The position numbers and the translations under genes are program-made. A model generated the notes under the pieces. It did not search any database and was not told the origin of the DNA. It worked only from the letters and a program-made list of their open reading frames with translations. Below, piece by piece: positions 51,190-64,000 of a stretch of 64,000 nucleotides of DNA. Source of the DNA: Octopus sinensis (lineage: Eukaryota). Location: the NCBI RefSeq assembly GCF_006345805.1, contig NC_042999.1:89838001-89902000 (forward strand). The letters are read 5' to 3'. Position 1 is the stretch's first letter, and every line of letters starts with the position of its first letter.

Positions 51190-52745
51190 TACTTTGATAA
51201 GTTTCGGCCGAAGTTGGCCCAAGCCATGTGTAATTTGATAGCACCACCTGGAAGAGATATACAGTCGGCTCTTGGGTACCATAGCCCATTTGAGCAGATA
51301 GTTATTGTTTTCAGAGACATATTTGGGAGTAAGTGGTTTGTCTGGTATTTGTTGGAGGTAATCATCTAGGGACCGTTTGAATGCCGTGAAATCACTTTCC
51401 TCTTTTATGTGGGCTGGCACGATGTTGAAGAGAGCAGGGCCAGTTGAGTGAAATATTTCTGTCGTTGTTTTGTGAACATGATTTCCGTAGTTGACAGATA
51501 ACACGGGGCCAAGCCTCGGGTGAATTTTAAAGATGATACCTTTATCATTTGGGCAATGTTGATGGAATATTTTCAGCATCATGCAGATGACATAGTGCTC
51601 ACAGCAGAGTTGGAGGGAGTAAAGCCTGAACTTTTTGAGTCGATCCCAATAGTCAAGGCTTGTTATGTCATCTACTTTTTTTGTGATTGATCCCTGGGGA
51701 GCTTTTCACAATATTCATATCGTGTGTGGGGACCACAGCAGACAACAGTATTCAAGGTGAGGGCAAGCAAAATTAGAGAAAAGTAGGATAATGGTACGGG
51801 CGTCTCTAGACCGGAAGGTCCTGAGGATCTAAGAGCACGCCCTGCGAGCCATGTCAACTTTGCTATTTATGTGAGCACTCCAGCTTATTTTGTGGTCAAC
51901 AGTAACACCCAGGTTTCTAGCAGTGCTGGATGCCACGCGGGTTTCACCTGAGGGAAGAGTGTATGGTTGTTGGAATGCAGTCTCTTTACAGAAGTGGATT
52001 AGGTTGAATTTTTTCTTGTTTAGCTGCATATTATGTTTCTCTGCCCATTGGATAACAGCTAACAGATCAGATGAAGATTTGTGAGGTCTTTAACCCTGTC
52101 AACAACCTTCAGTAACAACCTTCATCCACAAAAATATGCATGTTAATGTGTTTGATGACGTCAGTGATGTCGTTAATATAAATTATGAAAAGGAGCGGGC
52201 TCAATACAGTGCCTTGTGGGATTCCACTTATAACCCTGGCTGAGGTTGATCGGACACCACCAAGCACCACATGTTGAGTTCTGTTCACCAGAAAACATTT
52301 AATCCAAGTTAACAGTTTCCCTTGGACTCCAATATTGGGCAGTTTCTTTAACAGGATGCAGTGATCAACCTTGTCAAAAGGCTTTGCTGAAGTCAAGGTA
52401 TATGATATCTGCATTGGAAACCTCTCCCATGGCCTTTAAGATGTCATTAAAATGATGCAAGAGCTGTATTAAGCAGTCCCTTCCATTGTGGAAGCCATGT
52501 TGGTTGGGAATAACCAGGCTGTTAGATTCCAAGAAGTGGAAGATCTCACTCTCTCAAATAATTTGATGATATGAGAGGTAAATGAGATCGGTCGGTAGTT
52601 CACGGCGAGTGACTTTTTGCCTTTCTTGAAAACTGGGGTAATTGCTTGGGAAAGGTAATTTTTAGAGATATAGCCCACATCCATTGATTTTCGACAGAGA
52701 GTAGCTAAGGGGAGAGCTAACTGGTCTAAATACAAAACAGCACCA
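51190..52745 (-). mobile_element. Degenerate CR1/L2-like LINE reverse transcriptase
   Basis: NYRPISFTSHIIK, AKPFDKVDH, SGIPQGTVLSPLLFIIYINDI, RNLGVTVDHKISWSAHI. Confidence 0.9.
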
Positions 52746-53039
52746 TGGAGGAATCGACGTAAGCTTAAATAATAAACTGCGATATAGCGAGGGATTACTG
52801 TATATATATATTATATATATATATATATTATATATATATATTATATATATATATATATATATATGAACTGCAACTTTACTCCCTGGTGCGATTGCACGGT
52901 AGATATGTAAAAGTCTACATATGGAAAACTCTAGAAGGGATAGTACCTAATTTTGGCATTGAATGTTATATAAAAGCCAGAACTGGCCACCATTGTATTG
53001 TATCAATATTTATGCTTATACATATTTACATATATTTAT

Positions 53040-55400
53040 ATATGTAGAATGGATTGATTACAAGAAAACTTTTAATATGGTTTCCCTTTCGTAGATTCTG
53101 AAAGCATTAATCATGAGTAAGGTAGCATCAATTACAAGCAGGTACAGCAAACATACCATAATTAAATGGGAGACTGTTATGAGGATCCAAACAAAAGAAG
53201 GAACTGTGGAAATGAAGACAAATCCAAATCGAAGCAGAAATATTCCAAAGTCATCGCCACTCCACTCCAATTATTTCTGTAGTTGACACTATTAACCGAC
53301 TAACATTCAAAACTCGATACTGAGTACGAATGACAATCAACTATCTGATTTACATTGCAAATGACGAACAACTAGAACCTATTAGATGCAGTGCACGGAC
53401 TCAGTCTGGCATGTTTAGCCAAGGCCACACTGAAGAAAGGAAAATTAATATGAAGCAAAAATATCAGAGATTAGAAAACTGAATATTTGGAATGAACACA
53501 CACAAAGGTAATAAGAATTTAGTAAAGAATAATACTTAATAATATTAATATTATATAGAGTTAAATGCAAAATATTATGTAATAAGCATCAATATTCAAC
53601 GCGCCCCAGAAATAAGTTATAGAAAAATTCAAACAGAAGCTCAGTGAATTAGTCAGAGTAAATAGGGAAAGAAGGATAAACATTAACTTTACGTAATGTT
53701 GGACAAGTTAACAAGCATTATACATGGTGTCCCTCTCTTTCAGGTATCTACACATGGAAAAATCCGGGTTAGTCAAGTCTGTGGAACATAAAAGCCAGTT
53801 GTCATTGCAGTAGCGGGAGATTATTCTCTCCCCAAAGCACTGCTGTAGCAACTGCGTTGTTTCTCTTGCAGTATGAGCAGTTGCTCCATCTTGCTGGAAC
53901 CATGTGTGGCCGGATGCAAAAAGGTTTCAATCATGGATACCTGAACAAGAGGGTTTACGTCAACAAACCAGAGACCCTGGTGCAACTGAAGGAGAACATC
54001 AATAGAGAAATCAGAGAAGTTGGGTCTGAAACTTGAGGGTGTTGTGGTGCAAGTTTTGGGAAGAGCACGAGCGTGAGAAGCCGAAAGTGGCTGCCATTTA
54101 AGCGATGCCATTTTCCATATGTGATGTAGTAGTGTTGCAAAATTTGACTTGTGCATATTAATTTCCATTATGTCCTTTATATTGCATTAAGATTTCATGC
54201 ATTTATTAGTAAAGTTAAGAAAGTTATTAAAAATTAAAACCATCAGTGACTTTTGGGACACCCTGTGGTTCCGAGGAACACATAATGCGAGAAGTATTCA
54301 GCTGTTAGAAAACGTTTAGATTGTATTTACTATGTGATTATACATACCTCATAATGAACAACAAGGAAACAATGCAAATAGCATAAAATATGGAGAAAAT
54401 TTTTTTCTAATCTATCATTTTCAGAGAGATTATTAAATAAATTGAAGTAAGCTTTTGAAAAGAATTGAGAAACTACAACAGCAATTATGAAAATTTCGAA
54501 ATGGTTCTTCAAAATGGTAATATACAAACAAAAATATGGAGTAACCACTGGTTATCCGTTAGGATCTACATTATTTCTAATTATAATAGAGAACAAAGCA
54601 GTACCAGGCACAAACATATACTATGCATTTGGTACTAGAAAATTAAGGACAAATGACCCAAGGTGGTCATTACTCAACAAAACTAAACAATGCAGAAATA
54701 GATAAATAATAATTTCAAGTCTCGGTACAGAGCCAGCAGCATTTAGGAGAGGAACAAGTCGTTTACATCGATTCCAGTATTTAATTGGTACATATTTTAT
54801 TGACTCCAAAAGTATGAATGGCTAGGTCAGCATCGGCAGAATTTGAACTCAGAACATTAAAAATGCACGAAACGCCGCTAACGATTCTGTAATTAAAGTC
54901 TTCACCACAAAACTATGGAAAATAAATGAAGGATGGGTAAAAATAAAATTGCTGTTTCTGGCATCTCCATCATGATGGTGTAAATAAACAAACATTACAG
55001 ATATGATCGGGGTGAGGATTATATACTAGGACCTATACCAAATCAATAGGTTTATCCGCTGAAAATGAAATGGTAAAACATACTCAATGAAATCAATAAA
55101 AGAGAATTACGAATTGAACATACTCTAGAAATTATTTACCCAGACAATAAGATGATGAAAATAAATAGTATTCCCAAATACCACCAGAGAAAGCATGTTT
55201 CATAAAAGACGTGCCAATATATCTCTGAGAGAAATTTGAGAATTTAAACAACTATAAAAACCTGGAAAGAAAGATGTCTAAAATCTGGGTTTCAAACTGT
55301 AAGATCCTGAAAAATAGGGGCCTTGTAGCCAAAACCCCCAAACCTACAAATATAGAATGTTTAGAAAGTAGCACTACTTAGGTACTTCGTAAAATATTAC
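53040..55400 (+). mobile_element. Highly decayed RLE-type LINE remnant, interrupted by a Tc1-like element and a SINE
   Basis: DYKKTFNMV (DYxKAFDxV) at about 53055 and KYxDL-like remnants near 55250. Confidence 0.5.
53723..54265 (+). mobile_element. Internally deleted Tc1/mariner-superfamily element
   Basis: Ends ta|catggtgtccc and gggacaccctg. The C-terminal remnant reads KRVYVNKPETLVQLKENINREI...GCHLSDAIFH. Confidence 0.7.
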
Positions 55401-55545
55401 GTAAGATGTTCACAATGCAATAAAACAGGCATGAAAAATAGTTAAATTCTAAACAGATTGGATTGTCGTCGTTTGTACAAAATGAAAGCATTGATATGTA
55501 TTTATAACAGAAATATTAATGCTGTATCAATGATGATATACTTAC

Positions 55546-56862
55546 TGCGACTCCAAAAATGCATAGACATATCTCTAAAAACAGTATGAGATCCATCATC
55601 ATTGTCGATGCGGATACCATTATCTTGGAGATACTTCAATTGTCTGAGGAACCGTTGGTTTGTCACTGAAAGACCAGTTTAGTTACTTCTCTGTCTCTTT
55701 CTATGGATGAAATGCTGTTGTAATAAAGATAGTTTGATGTATGTATATCTGCAAGCTTGCCAATATAAGTTTATACGTACTCTCCCGTGACTGTTTGTGT
55801 GTTGATGTATCCGTGTATTTTTATAGATGTTTGGCTTTTGAAATATTAAAAAAGAAAAGAAATAAAAAATTGGGAGGCCAGAAGAGAGACATAGAAAGAA
55901 AGAGGAGGTGAATTAGAGAGTGGGGAGTGGAAAACAGAGAAATATGCTCAGAAATGTACATTGGATGTTAAATTGGATGGAGAAAATTGTTCTTGAAGTC
56001 CGCCCCAAATTATAATTTTAGTCCCATTGGCGACAAAATATTTGTGGGGAACGGAAGAAGCTTGCTTGTCTACATTATCTAAATCATTATTTCTTTGAGG
56101 TTTAAGCACAATTATAAAATTCAAATGTTCTAGTTTAGAACCGGTAATCTATGGCGACATTTGCGCCATTTTTCTTTAATTATTTTTGTACTGCAAACAT
56201 ATCATCTTGCAAATGTTGATCGTGTGAATGAGGGCTTGAAATGATAGAGGAGTCGCTTGACAGTGATTATGATACAATAATAAATATTTACTGTTGTTGA
56301 TTATTGCCGCTACTTCTCTGAATTGAGAGGTCACAAGTCCGGAACTACAGATATGCAATTAGAATGTCGCAGGAAATAAGTGCAACATAGATTCTTCAAG
56401 CCACGCCAACTGGTCAGAGACCTAGGAGTATCCCCAAAACGGGATGGTTGGATAACATCCATTGTCTCAGTTGGTTACGCTTGGAGATCCAGCTGAAAAA
56501 TGTACTGAAGGTTGCTTCTGAGAAAGGGTTTAGATAATAAGAAAAAACAATAAAAAAAGTAATTAAATCAATTCGAAAGGAAAACATTACGAGGAAACCT
56601 TTTCATAGCAATATTCTGCCAGACTTGTGATCTCTTGAGCACCACCAGCAAAAAAATTTTTTTCCTCTGTCTTCCCTTCTTGGGATCTTTCCTTCTCCTT
56701 GTTTCCGACGAAGAGCTCCGCTCGAAACGTTAAACCCTCCTTCCCTTCTTTCCTGAGCGTCAATAATACTTTAATTGTTCCACGTCCTCGCGTTGCTGTG
56801 TTTTTTTTCTTTTTTTTCTGTGTTTTCTTGTTTGGATTAACTATATATATATATTATATATA

Positions 56863-56893
<31 letters not shown>

Positions 56894-57109
56894 CAATGTT
56901 TTCAAATTTCTCGATTAGTCACAACAATGTAATCTTCTCAATCACAAGTACTCTACTTTAATCAAATATGCTCAGAAATTTTGGGTTATCTAACTTCAAA
57001 CTTTCTTGCACTTGCTCAGTTGGACATTTCTCTTCTTTACTCGCTGCCGATGCAACCCTCCACCACCATTCACTATATACTCTCGCACAGTGAACTGCAC
57101 ATGGTCTCG

Positions 57110-57173
<64 letters not shown>

Positions 57174-57458
57174 CTTTCTGTTCCTTCTTTTCAATACATG
57201 TGTCTGCGAACCTAATTTACTCAGATGCGTGACAATCGCCCCTTCACCATCATCATATTTGAAGTCGTGAAATCGGATCACAAATGTCGGTCCATCGGCA
57301 ACTAAACCGACAACCCGACAAAACACTCTTTATGAGTGTAATACCAAATAAAAATACTCACATCTGCGCTCGTAAGATCCGAACCTCGGGTGAAGGTCTC
57401 CCGTAAGGCAAGTGTCCCACTGCATAGCAGGGTATACCTGGTCGTTATTGGAATACTG
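55546..57458 (-). CDS. Partial second spliced gene, product not recognised (exons 57362-57458, 57221-57301, 55546-55665; possible extra exon 56422-56517)
   Basis: Three open exons with AG/GT ends and compatible phases (0-1, 1-1, 1-1): QYSNNDQVYPAMQWDTCLTGDLHPRFGSYERR-F-ADGPTFVIRFHDFKYDDGEGAIVTHL-M-TNQRFLRQLKYLQDNGIRIDNDDGSHTVFRDMSMHFWSR. Donors are gtgagt, gtaaat and gtaagt; GC is raised over the flanks. Confidence 0.6.
56701..56735 (+). ncRNA. Minimal hammerhead motif with a U4-to-C core substitution, at a Penelope-like repeat end
   Basis: gttt-CCGACGA-a-gagc tcc gctc-GAAA-cgtt-aaac: stem I gttt/aaac, stem II gagc/gctc, palindromic ACGT stem III. Confidence 0.6.
57114..57170. repeat. (CT)n microsatellite
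   Basis: Direct reading. Confidence 0.97.
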
Positions 57459-57594
57459 CTATAAAGACTAGAATAAAACGGACTTCAAATGACGATAGAA
57501 CTCTAATAGAATGTTATTACAGAAGTGAGCCCACAAAAATAGGATACCGGAGAAGAATGCATAACATTTGGACAAATTATTCGTGAAATGGTAT

Positions 57595-58470
57595 ATATAT
57601 ATGTATGTATGCATGTATTTTATTTATCAAATTATTGTATAACTGAGCGCCCTCGCGTCGTTTCGTTTCCTCCAAGTAAGTTTTTATATATAATTATGAC
57701 GCGAAACTCTATAACCCTCTGCTTGACCTTCCCTTCCTTCCTTGTCTTCCTCTTTGCCTGTCTCTCTTTTTCACCCTTTCTGGTTTCCTTTCCTCTCTAT
57801 CTCTCTCTCTCTCACTCCTCCTCATCTCTCTCACAGCCGGGCGACCACTTCCTTTCGCTTGCGGCCTCCTACAAGTGAACACGCTTTTTTCCTGCGCTCT
57901 TAAAAATCTTTTCTCGTCTAGGCCAAAAAAGGCCCTCATTGTTTGTTTTCTTGTTTGTTTTTATTTCTTGTACTGTATTTTTTTGTAATTGTATTTTTAT
58001 TTTGTATTTTATTTTGTATTTTATTTTGTGATTTTATTTGTATCGTTTTTACGTCCTGTTTTTGTCACATTTTTTTCTTTCCTTGTTTTTACCCCTCTGC
58101 AAAGGAATTTTATTTAATTCTTTCGCACGAGTCGTGTTCTGTCCTCCCCTTCGAAACACGCATGGAGTCGAACTAGGGACAGCTGATGAAGGGGAATTTT
58201 CCTTGTGTTGTTTGTCTTGTACTCTGTTTTTTCGTTGTTAAAAAAGGTCCGTTTCCATGTTTGTTTTTACGTTTTTGTTTCTCGTTGAGTTCTACGTCTA
58301 TTTGTGGTGTCCTGTACTCACGTATATATATTTATATATGCATGTATATATACATGTAGATGTAGGTACGTACATATATGTATGTATGTATGCATATATT
58401 TTAATTATTAAATCATTGTATGACTGAGCGCCCTCGCGTCGTTTCGTTTCCTCCAAGTAAGTTTATATAT
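57595..58470. mobile_element. About 870-bp repeat bounded by direct repeats (Penelope pseudo-LTR-like)
   Basis: attgtat(a/g)actgagcgccctcgcgtcgtttcgtttcctccaagtaagttt at 57634-57683 and 58415-58464, with a pyrimidine-rich interior. Confidence 0.5.
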
Positions 58471-58473
58471 ATA

Positions 58474-58534
<61 letters not shown>

Positions 58535-58614
58535 GAGGTTGGAATTGGGAGAGATCTCCATAATAATGAAAGAGCGTGAGTGTGTCTACACTGAATACGA
58601 AGAACAAGAGGCAG

Positions 58615-61590
58615 AACATGAACAGGAAATAGCTTAGGGACTAATAAACCTCTACAATGAAACAGCTGCCGGATGAAAGACTATTACAGAAGAAGAAAGA
58701 AGCTTACTAATACACCTGAATGAAGCAGGGAATATTGAAAGAAAGAGGCTACCGGCTCTGAGAAGAATTGGGAGAGGAAAATTATATAGAGTAGTGAAAA
58801 GATTAAAAAACAGCTAACAAAAATCTACACCGAAAACATAACTGATGTAAACGATCTTAGATACCGCAGAGCCTCTGTCATTGTGTAAACTTTGGGGATT
58901 AAAAGATAAAGAAAAACAAAAGACAGGGCCCCGTGGAACGAAGACTTGAGAATCAAATTGAACTGCTCCAGAGAGACCTTGGATAGATACATATAATCAT
59001 ACAAAGGAAGAGGGTGAGGGAAAGATAAAGGAACGAGCTGCAAGGGTTATATAACATAAAACACAAAGGACTACAAGTGTTAAAGAAAAATTAGTATAAA
59101 GAATCAAAGCAGTGTCTAGTAAGAAAAAAAGAACCCAGACTAACAGAGAACAAATCAGTACCAACAGAATAGATTTTTTAAGAACAACAAAAGAAAATTC
59201 TATAAACAACTGAACAATGAAGAGGAGCTTGGGGAGGAATATGTCAGATGCTGAAGCAGAAAGAAAATCTACACAGAAAACTATAGCAAAGAAATTTAAC
59301 ATGATATAAAAGAAGACTGGTTGCGGGAATTTAAAACTGAAATGGAAGCTAGAAAGACACAAGAAAATATAACAATCACGGATAAGAGAGTGAAAGAGAT
59401 CAAGAAAATGCCAAACTAGAAAGCACCCGAACCAAATGGTGTTCAGGGTTTCTGACTCGAGGACTTCCCAACTATACAGAGTTGTGTACGACCAATTTTT
59501 ACTGACTGCATAGAAAATGGAACACCCACATGGATGACAAAAAGAAGGACAATACTGTTACGAACCTGCCGTCGCTCAACTCGAACTTGGGACCCTAAGT
59601 CGAGCGACGACGACGACCACGCTCAGTCAAACGGAAATCCACCACAGAAAGCGGTAGAATTGGCAACGAACACAGACCGGTGACCGGAGATAACAACAAC
59701 AACAACAGGAAGAGAGAGATAGAGGAAGGCAGTTGCTTACATTTACAACAGTTTATACAATTGTTACAACATCAATCAAAACGTAATACATTGCAGATAC
59801 ATTAAAGAAAAACATTTAACAAATCGTACAGAGTTAAAAAGAAAAACAACAATCAATGCATGCACAATACACGACATCCGAAAACAATCCACATTAAATG
59901 TTCAACGCAATACAGAGTTCGAAAACAGTCCAAATTAAAGTCTTTCTCTTCTCTTCAACAATTCTTTTTACATTTCAATAGATTACAGTTTATGTCACAA
60001 TGTTCTTTTCCCTTCTTTTTCCTTCTCTTTTTACAGTTCTTTTTGACACAATATTCTTTTTCCTTTTTTTAACACAGTTCACAAGTTCTTTTCTCTCTTC
60101 TTTTAACGCACATCACCATCCAAAATTCAACAACAAAAACATAAACAAACATTACCGCACGTTCCGAGTCTGCAACAATTTCAGCTCCTACTTCAACAAT
60201 CTAGCCTTCTCGCCGTAATCTCCCTCACTTCCTCCCGCTTGACAAGTCCTCAATCCTACCTGCCTGTCCCTCTCGCCTCCTGCCAACTGTCATCTCTGCA
60301 TTTTAAAGGGTGGTAGATTTATTTTTTTCTTAAACTTTGCTTGACCGAATAAGGGTCAGAGGTACTTTCTATCCTCATTAATTTCCCTTACCGGTGACAA
60401 GACAAAGCCCCATAACTTGTTCTGCCAGTCCATCTGGCACCAGCCAGCAGAAACTGGGTCATAACACTTTTTCTTCAACTGACCTCGTATCAATACTGAT
60501 AAAAAACGACAAAGAAAAGAGAGTCGGCAATTATAGACCTTTTACTTGCATACCACTACTCTGGAAACTAGTAACTGGCCTCATAGCAGATAAAGAATAT
60601 AATTTTCTGGAAATGAGAATTCATTACCCGAGGAGCAAAAAGGATATAGGAAGAAATCAAGGGGAACTGCTGATCTGTTTTATATAGATAATAGACTATT
60701 AAATGAGGCACGAGTAATGAAGAAGAATTTAGCTGTTGAATGGGTAGATTACGGGAAGGCTTACGACGATGTCCTACACAACTGGCTCTTGGACTGACTG
60801 GAGACGCTCGGAGAAGATAAACAACTTTCAGAAAAAAGCAATGAGAGTGTGGGAAGTAGAAATAACATGCGCAAATGAATCGCTGTGTAGCATAGAAATA
60901 CTCAGGACCATTTTGCAGGGAAACTTGCCCTTTCCGTTACTCTTTGTCATTGCGCTAGTACCTCAACAAGTATACTGCGAAAATCCAGGCCTGCCTATGA
61001 GTTTACCAAATCCGAGATGAGAATAAATCATCTACTTCATATAGATAACCCCAAGTTATTTACAAAAAAAATGAAACAGGCCTGTATTCTTTGATCCAAA
61101 CAGTGACAGTATTCAGTAAAGATACAGGAATGCAGTTTGGTGTAGATAAATGCACAGTAATAATTATGAAGAGAGGCCGGACGACAAAGTCTAATGGCAT
61201 CAAATTACCACAACCCGTCATCTGATTGCTGTGGGCTAATGAGGGATACAATTACCTAGGAATGCTGCAATGCGAGAAGGGAGGAGAAATGAGAGAGAAA
61301 GGGAGTCATTAAATTTACAAGAGAAAGTTGTTCGAAAGAAAATTAAATGGAGAGATCATCGTTAAAGCCATAAAAACATGACCTATGCCAGTATTGAGAC
61401 ACATTGCTCCCTTTCTGAAATGGACAAAGGTCGAATAACAGAACCTGGGTAGAACAACTAGAAAACTGCTTCCAATGCACAACACACTCCACCCTATCTC
61501 CAGCTGACTCTCTCTGTCAAGAAAGGGAGGTGGCAGAGGATTACTAAATGCAGAATATATTGTTAATACTAAGATACAGAGTCTTAGTAT
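58615..61590 (+). mobile_element. Second copy of the RLE-type LINE at 40960-44160, 3'-truncated and interrupted by a solo LTR
   Basis: Colinear with 40960-42970 (e.g. GKAYDDVLHNW, NYRPFTCIPLLWK). Confidence 0.88.
59556..60492. mobile_element. Solo LTR, 937 bp, TG...CA ends, 4-bp TSD ATAC
   Basis: atac|tgttacga ... tcgtatca|atac. The uninterrupted site is visible in the paralogous LINE (ggacagtactgataaa, about 41898-41913). Confidence 0.88.
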
Positions 61591-61599
61591 TAACAATAT

Positions 61600-62330
61600 C
61601 TTCTGCGTTTCTCAGTTTACACTGATTTTCAAAAAGCTCAAATAGAAAGACGTGGTTTATGTCGCAGCTGTCTTGCTAGTGTTTGAAGTTGCCCTGTTTT
61701 TATAAGGAATTCATTCCTCAAATTAGTATATTCTTTGAATAAGATTTGATTGGTAGATGACAGTCACATGGCTGGTCTTAGAAATTTTTGTAGCTTCACT
61801 GCAACGTCTGTGTCTTAGTATCAAGCGACAATATTTGGCGTCGTATATTAAGGCTGACACGGTTGACTGAACAAGTCCAAACAATCAACGCTCTGAATGT
61901 TTTCTGTCAAGTGTTTGTAGAGAGTGAACACATGATTCAGTTTATAATATTTTGAATGTTTTCTGCTACGTCTGTGGCTTAATGTCACGTGACAGTATAT
62001 TTTGCGCCTAAGAAGAGAGGCCGATGCGGTTGAGTGAATATGTTTAGTTATAATCAAGAAAGACCAAATTTAATCTGTCTGGTGGGAGGGTGGACAGGAG
62101 TCGTTTGTATGTAGTCCAATGGTTAAAATTTAGGTTGTAGGCTTTGTAGCTTCCTCATGATAAGTGGCAGAATGAATTTTGTGTGTGAATAGTTATTTAT
62201 GTATGTACTCTGTTAAAGTTTGTTAAGTCTTGGTTTGTACTTTTGTATGAAAGTATATTTTTTGTTTGGGAAGTAAGGGAAAGATCCGTAGTTTTTGTTC
62301 TGTTGTGCATGCTTCATAGTAAATACCAAA
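61600..62330 (-). mobile_element. Decayed Penelope-like retroelement remnant
   Basis: Stop-riddled minus-strand translation resembling the linker and GIY-YIG region. A similar remnant lies at 47730-48070. Confidence 0.4.
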
Positions 62331-64000
62331 CACATATTATATAATTCACATCATACAGGTGTGGCTGTGTGGTAAGAAACTTATTGGATCTTTTCCTTTT
62401 GATGGACGGAATTTTCTAGGAAAAGATCCAAAACTACTTATAGATTAGATGTATGTAATCTAAAGTGACCATATGACCTTCACCTCATCCAAACCTGATG
62501 AGAAATTCTTATTTTTGCTCTTTCACTCTCTCTTTCTCTCTCCTCACTTACATACACACACTCTCTCTTTATCTATCTATCTATCTATCATTTGTAAAAC
62601 AAAACAAAATATATAATTACTTCAGTCGTATTATTTTCAGTTTATCTAACTTTATACAAGAGTAGTCAAAAAGATAAAACTCTCTGTTTATATTGTCTTT
62701 GTATCAACATTTGAGATTAGAAATGAGGCTGATTTATCATTTTAAGGCCAATGACACATAAGAATCGTAGTTCAGTGAGTGTAGCTTCTATTGGTTCCAC
62801 TCACTCTTCTCTTTCTATTCTGGTTTGTTTGAAGCTACACCATACACATTTAGTACTTTCACAGTCCAGAATATAAAGAAATTATATTTTGAGACAATTA
62901 CCATCACAGTAGACTGAAATTAGTTCCTACATAGAACTGACATAAATTAGGAAAGTATTAGAATGTTTTCTTGTTGGCCTTTTTCTGCATCTATTTTCTA
63001 TTTTATAGTCATAAACTTATTAGACTAATGAAAATTATATACATTTATATACCACATGGTTCGGGGTCCAGTCCTACTGCATGGCACCTTCGGCAAGTAT
63101 CTTCTACTATATCTTCAGGCTGACCAAAGCCTTGAGTGGATTTGGTAGACGGAAACTAAAAGTAGCCCGTCATATATATATATGAACATGTGTATGTGTG
63201 TGTATATATATATATATATGCATGTGTGTGTGTGTGTGTGTTTGAGTCAGTGTTTGTCCGCTGCCACCACTTGACATCCGGTGCTGGTGTATTTACATCC
63301 CCATAACTTAGTACTGACTGAAACAAGTAAAAGACAATAGGTAAAAGAAGATAAAAGGCATATTATACCCATAATTATTGAAACAATTGAATATGTAACC
63401 AACAGCCTCAGCAATTTGGAGAAATCAGGGTTCTCAAAACCAGGAAGGGGAAAGCTAATTAGAAGACTAGCAGTAAATCTTCCCAAAAGTTTAGCATATT
63501 AGTACATATGCACATGTCTAGATATGCAAACTGTATGTAGGAGGAGACATACATAAACCAAAATATACAAGTCTGCACATGTACTGATGCCAAATGCTTG
63601 CATGTAACACACATACATATACAATACCATGTTGATATTGCTGAAATTCTAATGAAGGAATCTTAGATCTCAGTTAGAACCAACTCTTTCTCCATTTGTG
63701 AGAAATCTGGAAATAAAACTAAATAATAGAATATATACTCTATACTACTATTACTGCACACAAACAAGGTCTGATCAATAAGTATCATGACTGTTGCCAT
63801 AGTATTGAAGCTAAAGCCGCTTGGCGATGGTTGACTTTGAGCTTTGCTGTGCATGCGCACTAAGTTTTAACGTTCTAGCTCACTTCTGCTGTTTACAGCA
63901 GTGCTTGGAAGGAAGGTGTGTAGCATGTGATCGTCGCATCGACCATGAGAGAAAAAGTTATCATGGCAATATCTGCTCAAAGGTCTACACAAAGTTGCAA

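Noticed and set aside
54347-54407. Hydrophobic stretch (IFSIFYAICIVSLLFIM) ending at a gtatgt donor, considered as a signal-peptide exon
   Set aside because: There is an in-frame TAG between the ATG and the stretch, the acceptor is poor, and the phase is incompatible with both genes.
55020-55060. Good-looking minus-strand acceptor giving a terminal TDKPIDLV* for the second gene
   Set aside because: It lies inside a decayed plus-strand LINE and has no independent support.
58141-58200. GAAAC ... CTGATGA arrangement resembling a type II hammerhead
   Set aside because: Stem I does not pair, and the complementary segment (ccccttc/gaagggg) overlaps the catalytic core.

Overview
AT-rich, repeat-dense eukaryotic DNA. 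The SINE, LINE and microsatellite content looks like an octopus or other coleoid cephalopod genome (inference). The main feature is a spliced minus-strand gene spanning about 1.0-38.1 kb. It encodes an astacin-family (M12A) zinc metalloprotease: pro-peptide, RSKR furin-type site, HELGHAIGLFH zinc motif, SIMHY Met-turn, Cys-rich EGF-like module and five ShKT domains. I rebuilt 13 exons by hand. All are phase-consistent with GT-AG junctions except one catalytic-domain exon (27829-27895), which has no usable AG acceptor and lacks the expected Cys codon in frame. The ShKT array grew recently by a roughly 2 kb tandem exon duplication and a 138-bp duplication inside one exon. A second, unrecognised spliced minus-strand gene fragment lies at 55.5-57.5 kb. 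The rest is mobile DNA: mariner, Tc1, pogo and piggyBac remnants, Helitron/Helentron-like non-autonomous elements, RLE-type, CR1-like and RTE LINEs, tRNA-derived SINEs, a solo LTR, and Penelope-type remnants with minimal hammerhead ribozyme motifs. There is also a perfect inverted repeat of at least 140 bp at the window start. There is no CRISPR array, rRNA gene or genuine tRNA gene. All coordinates and identities were read by eye; no searches were run.
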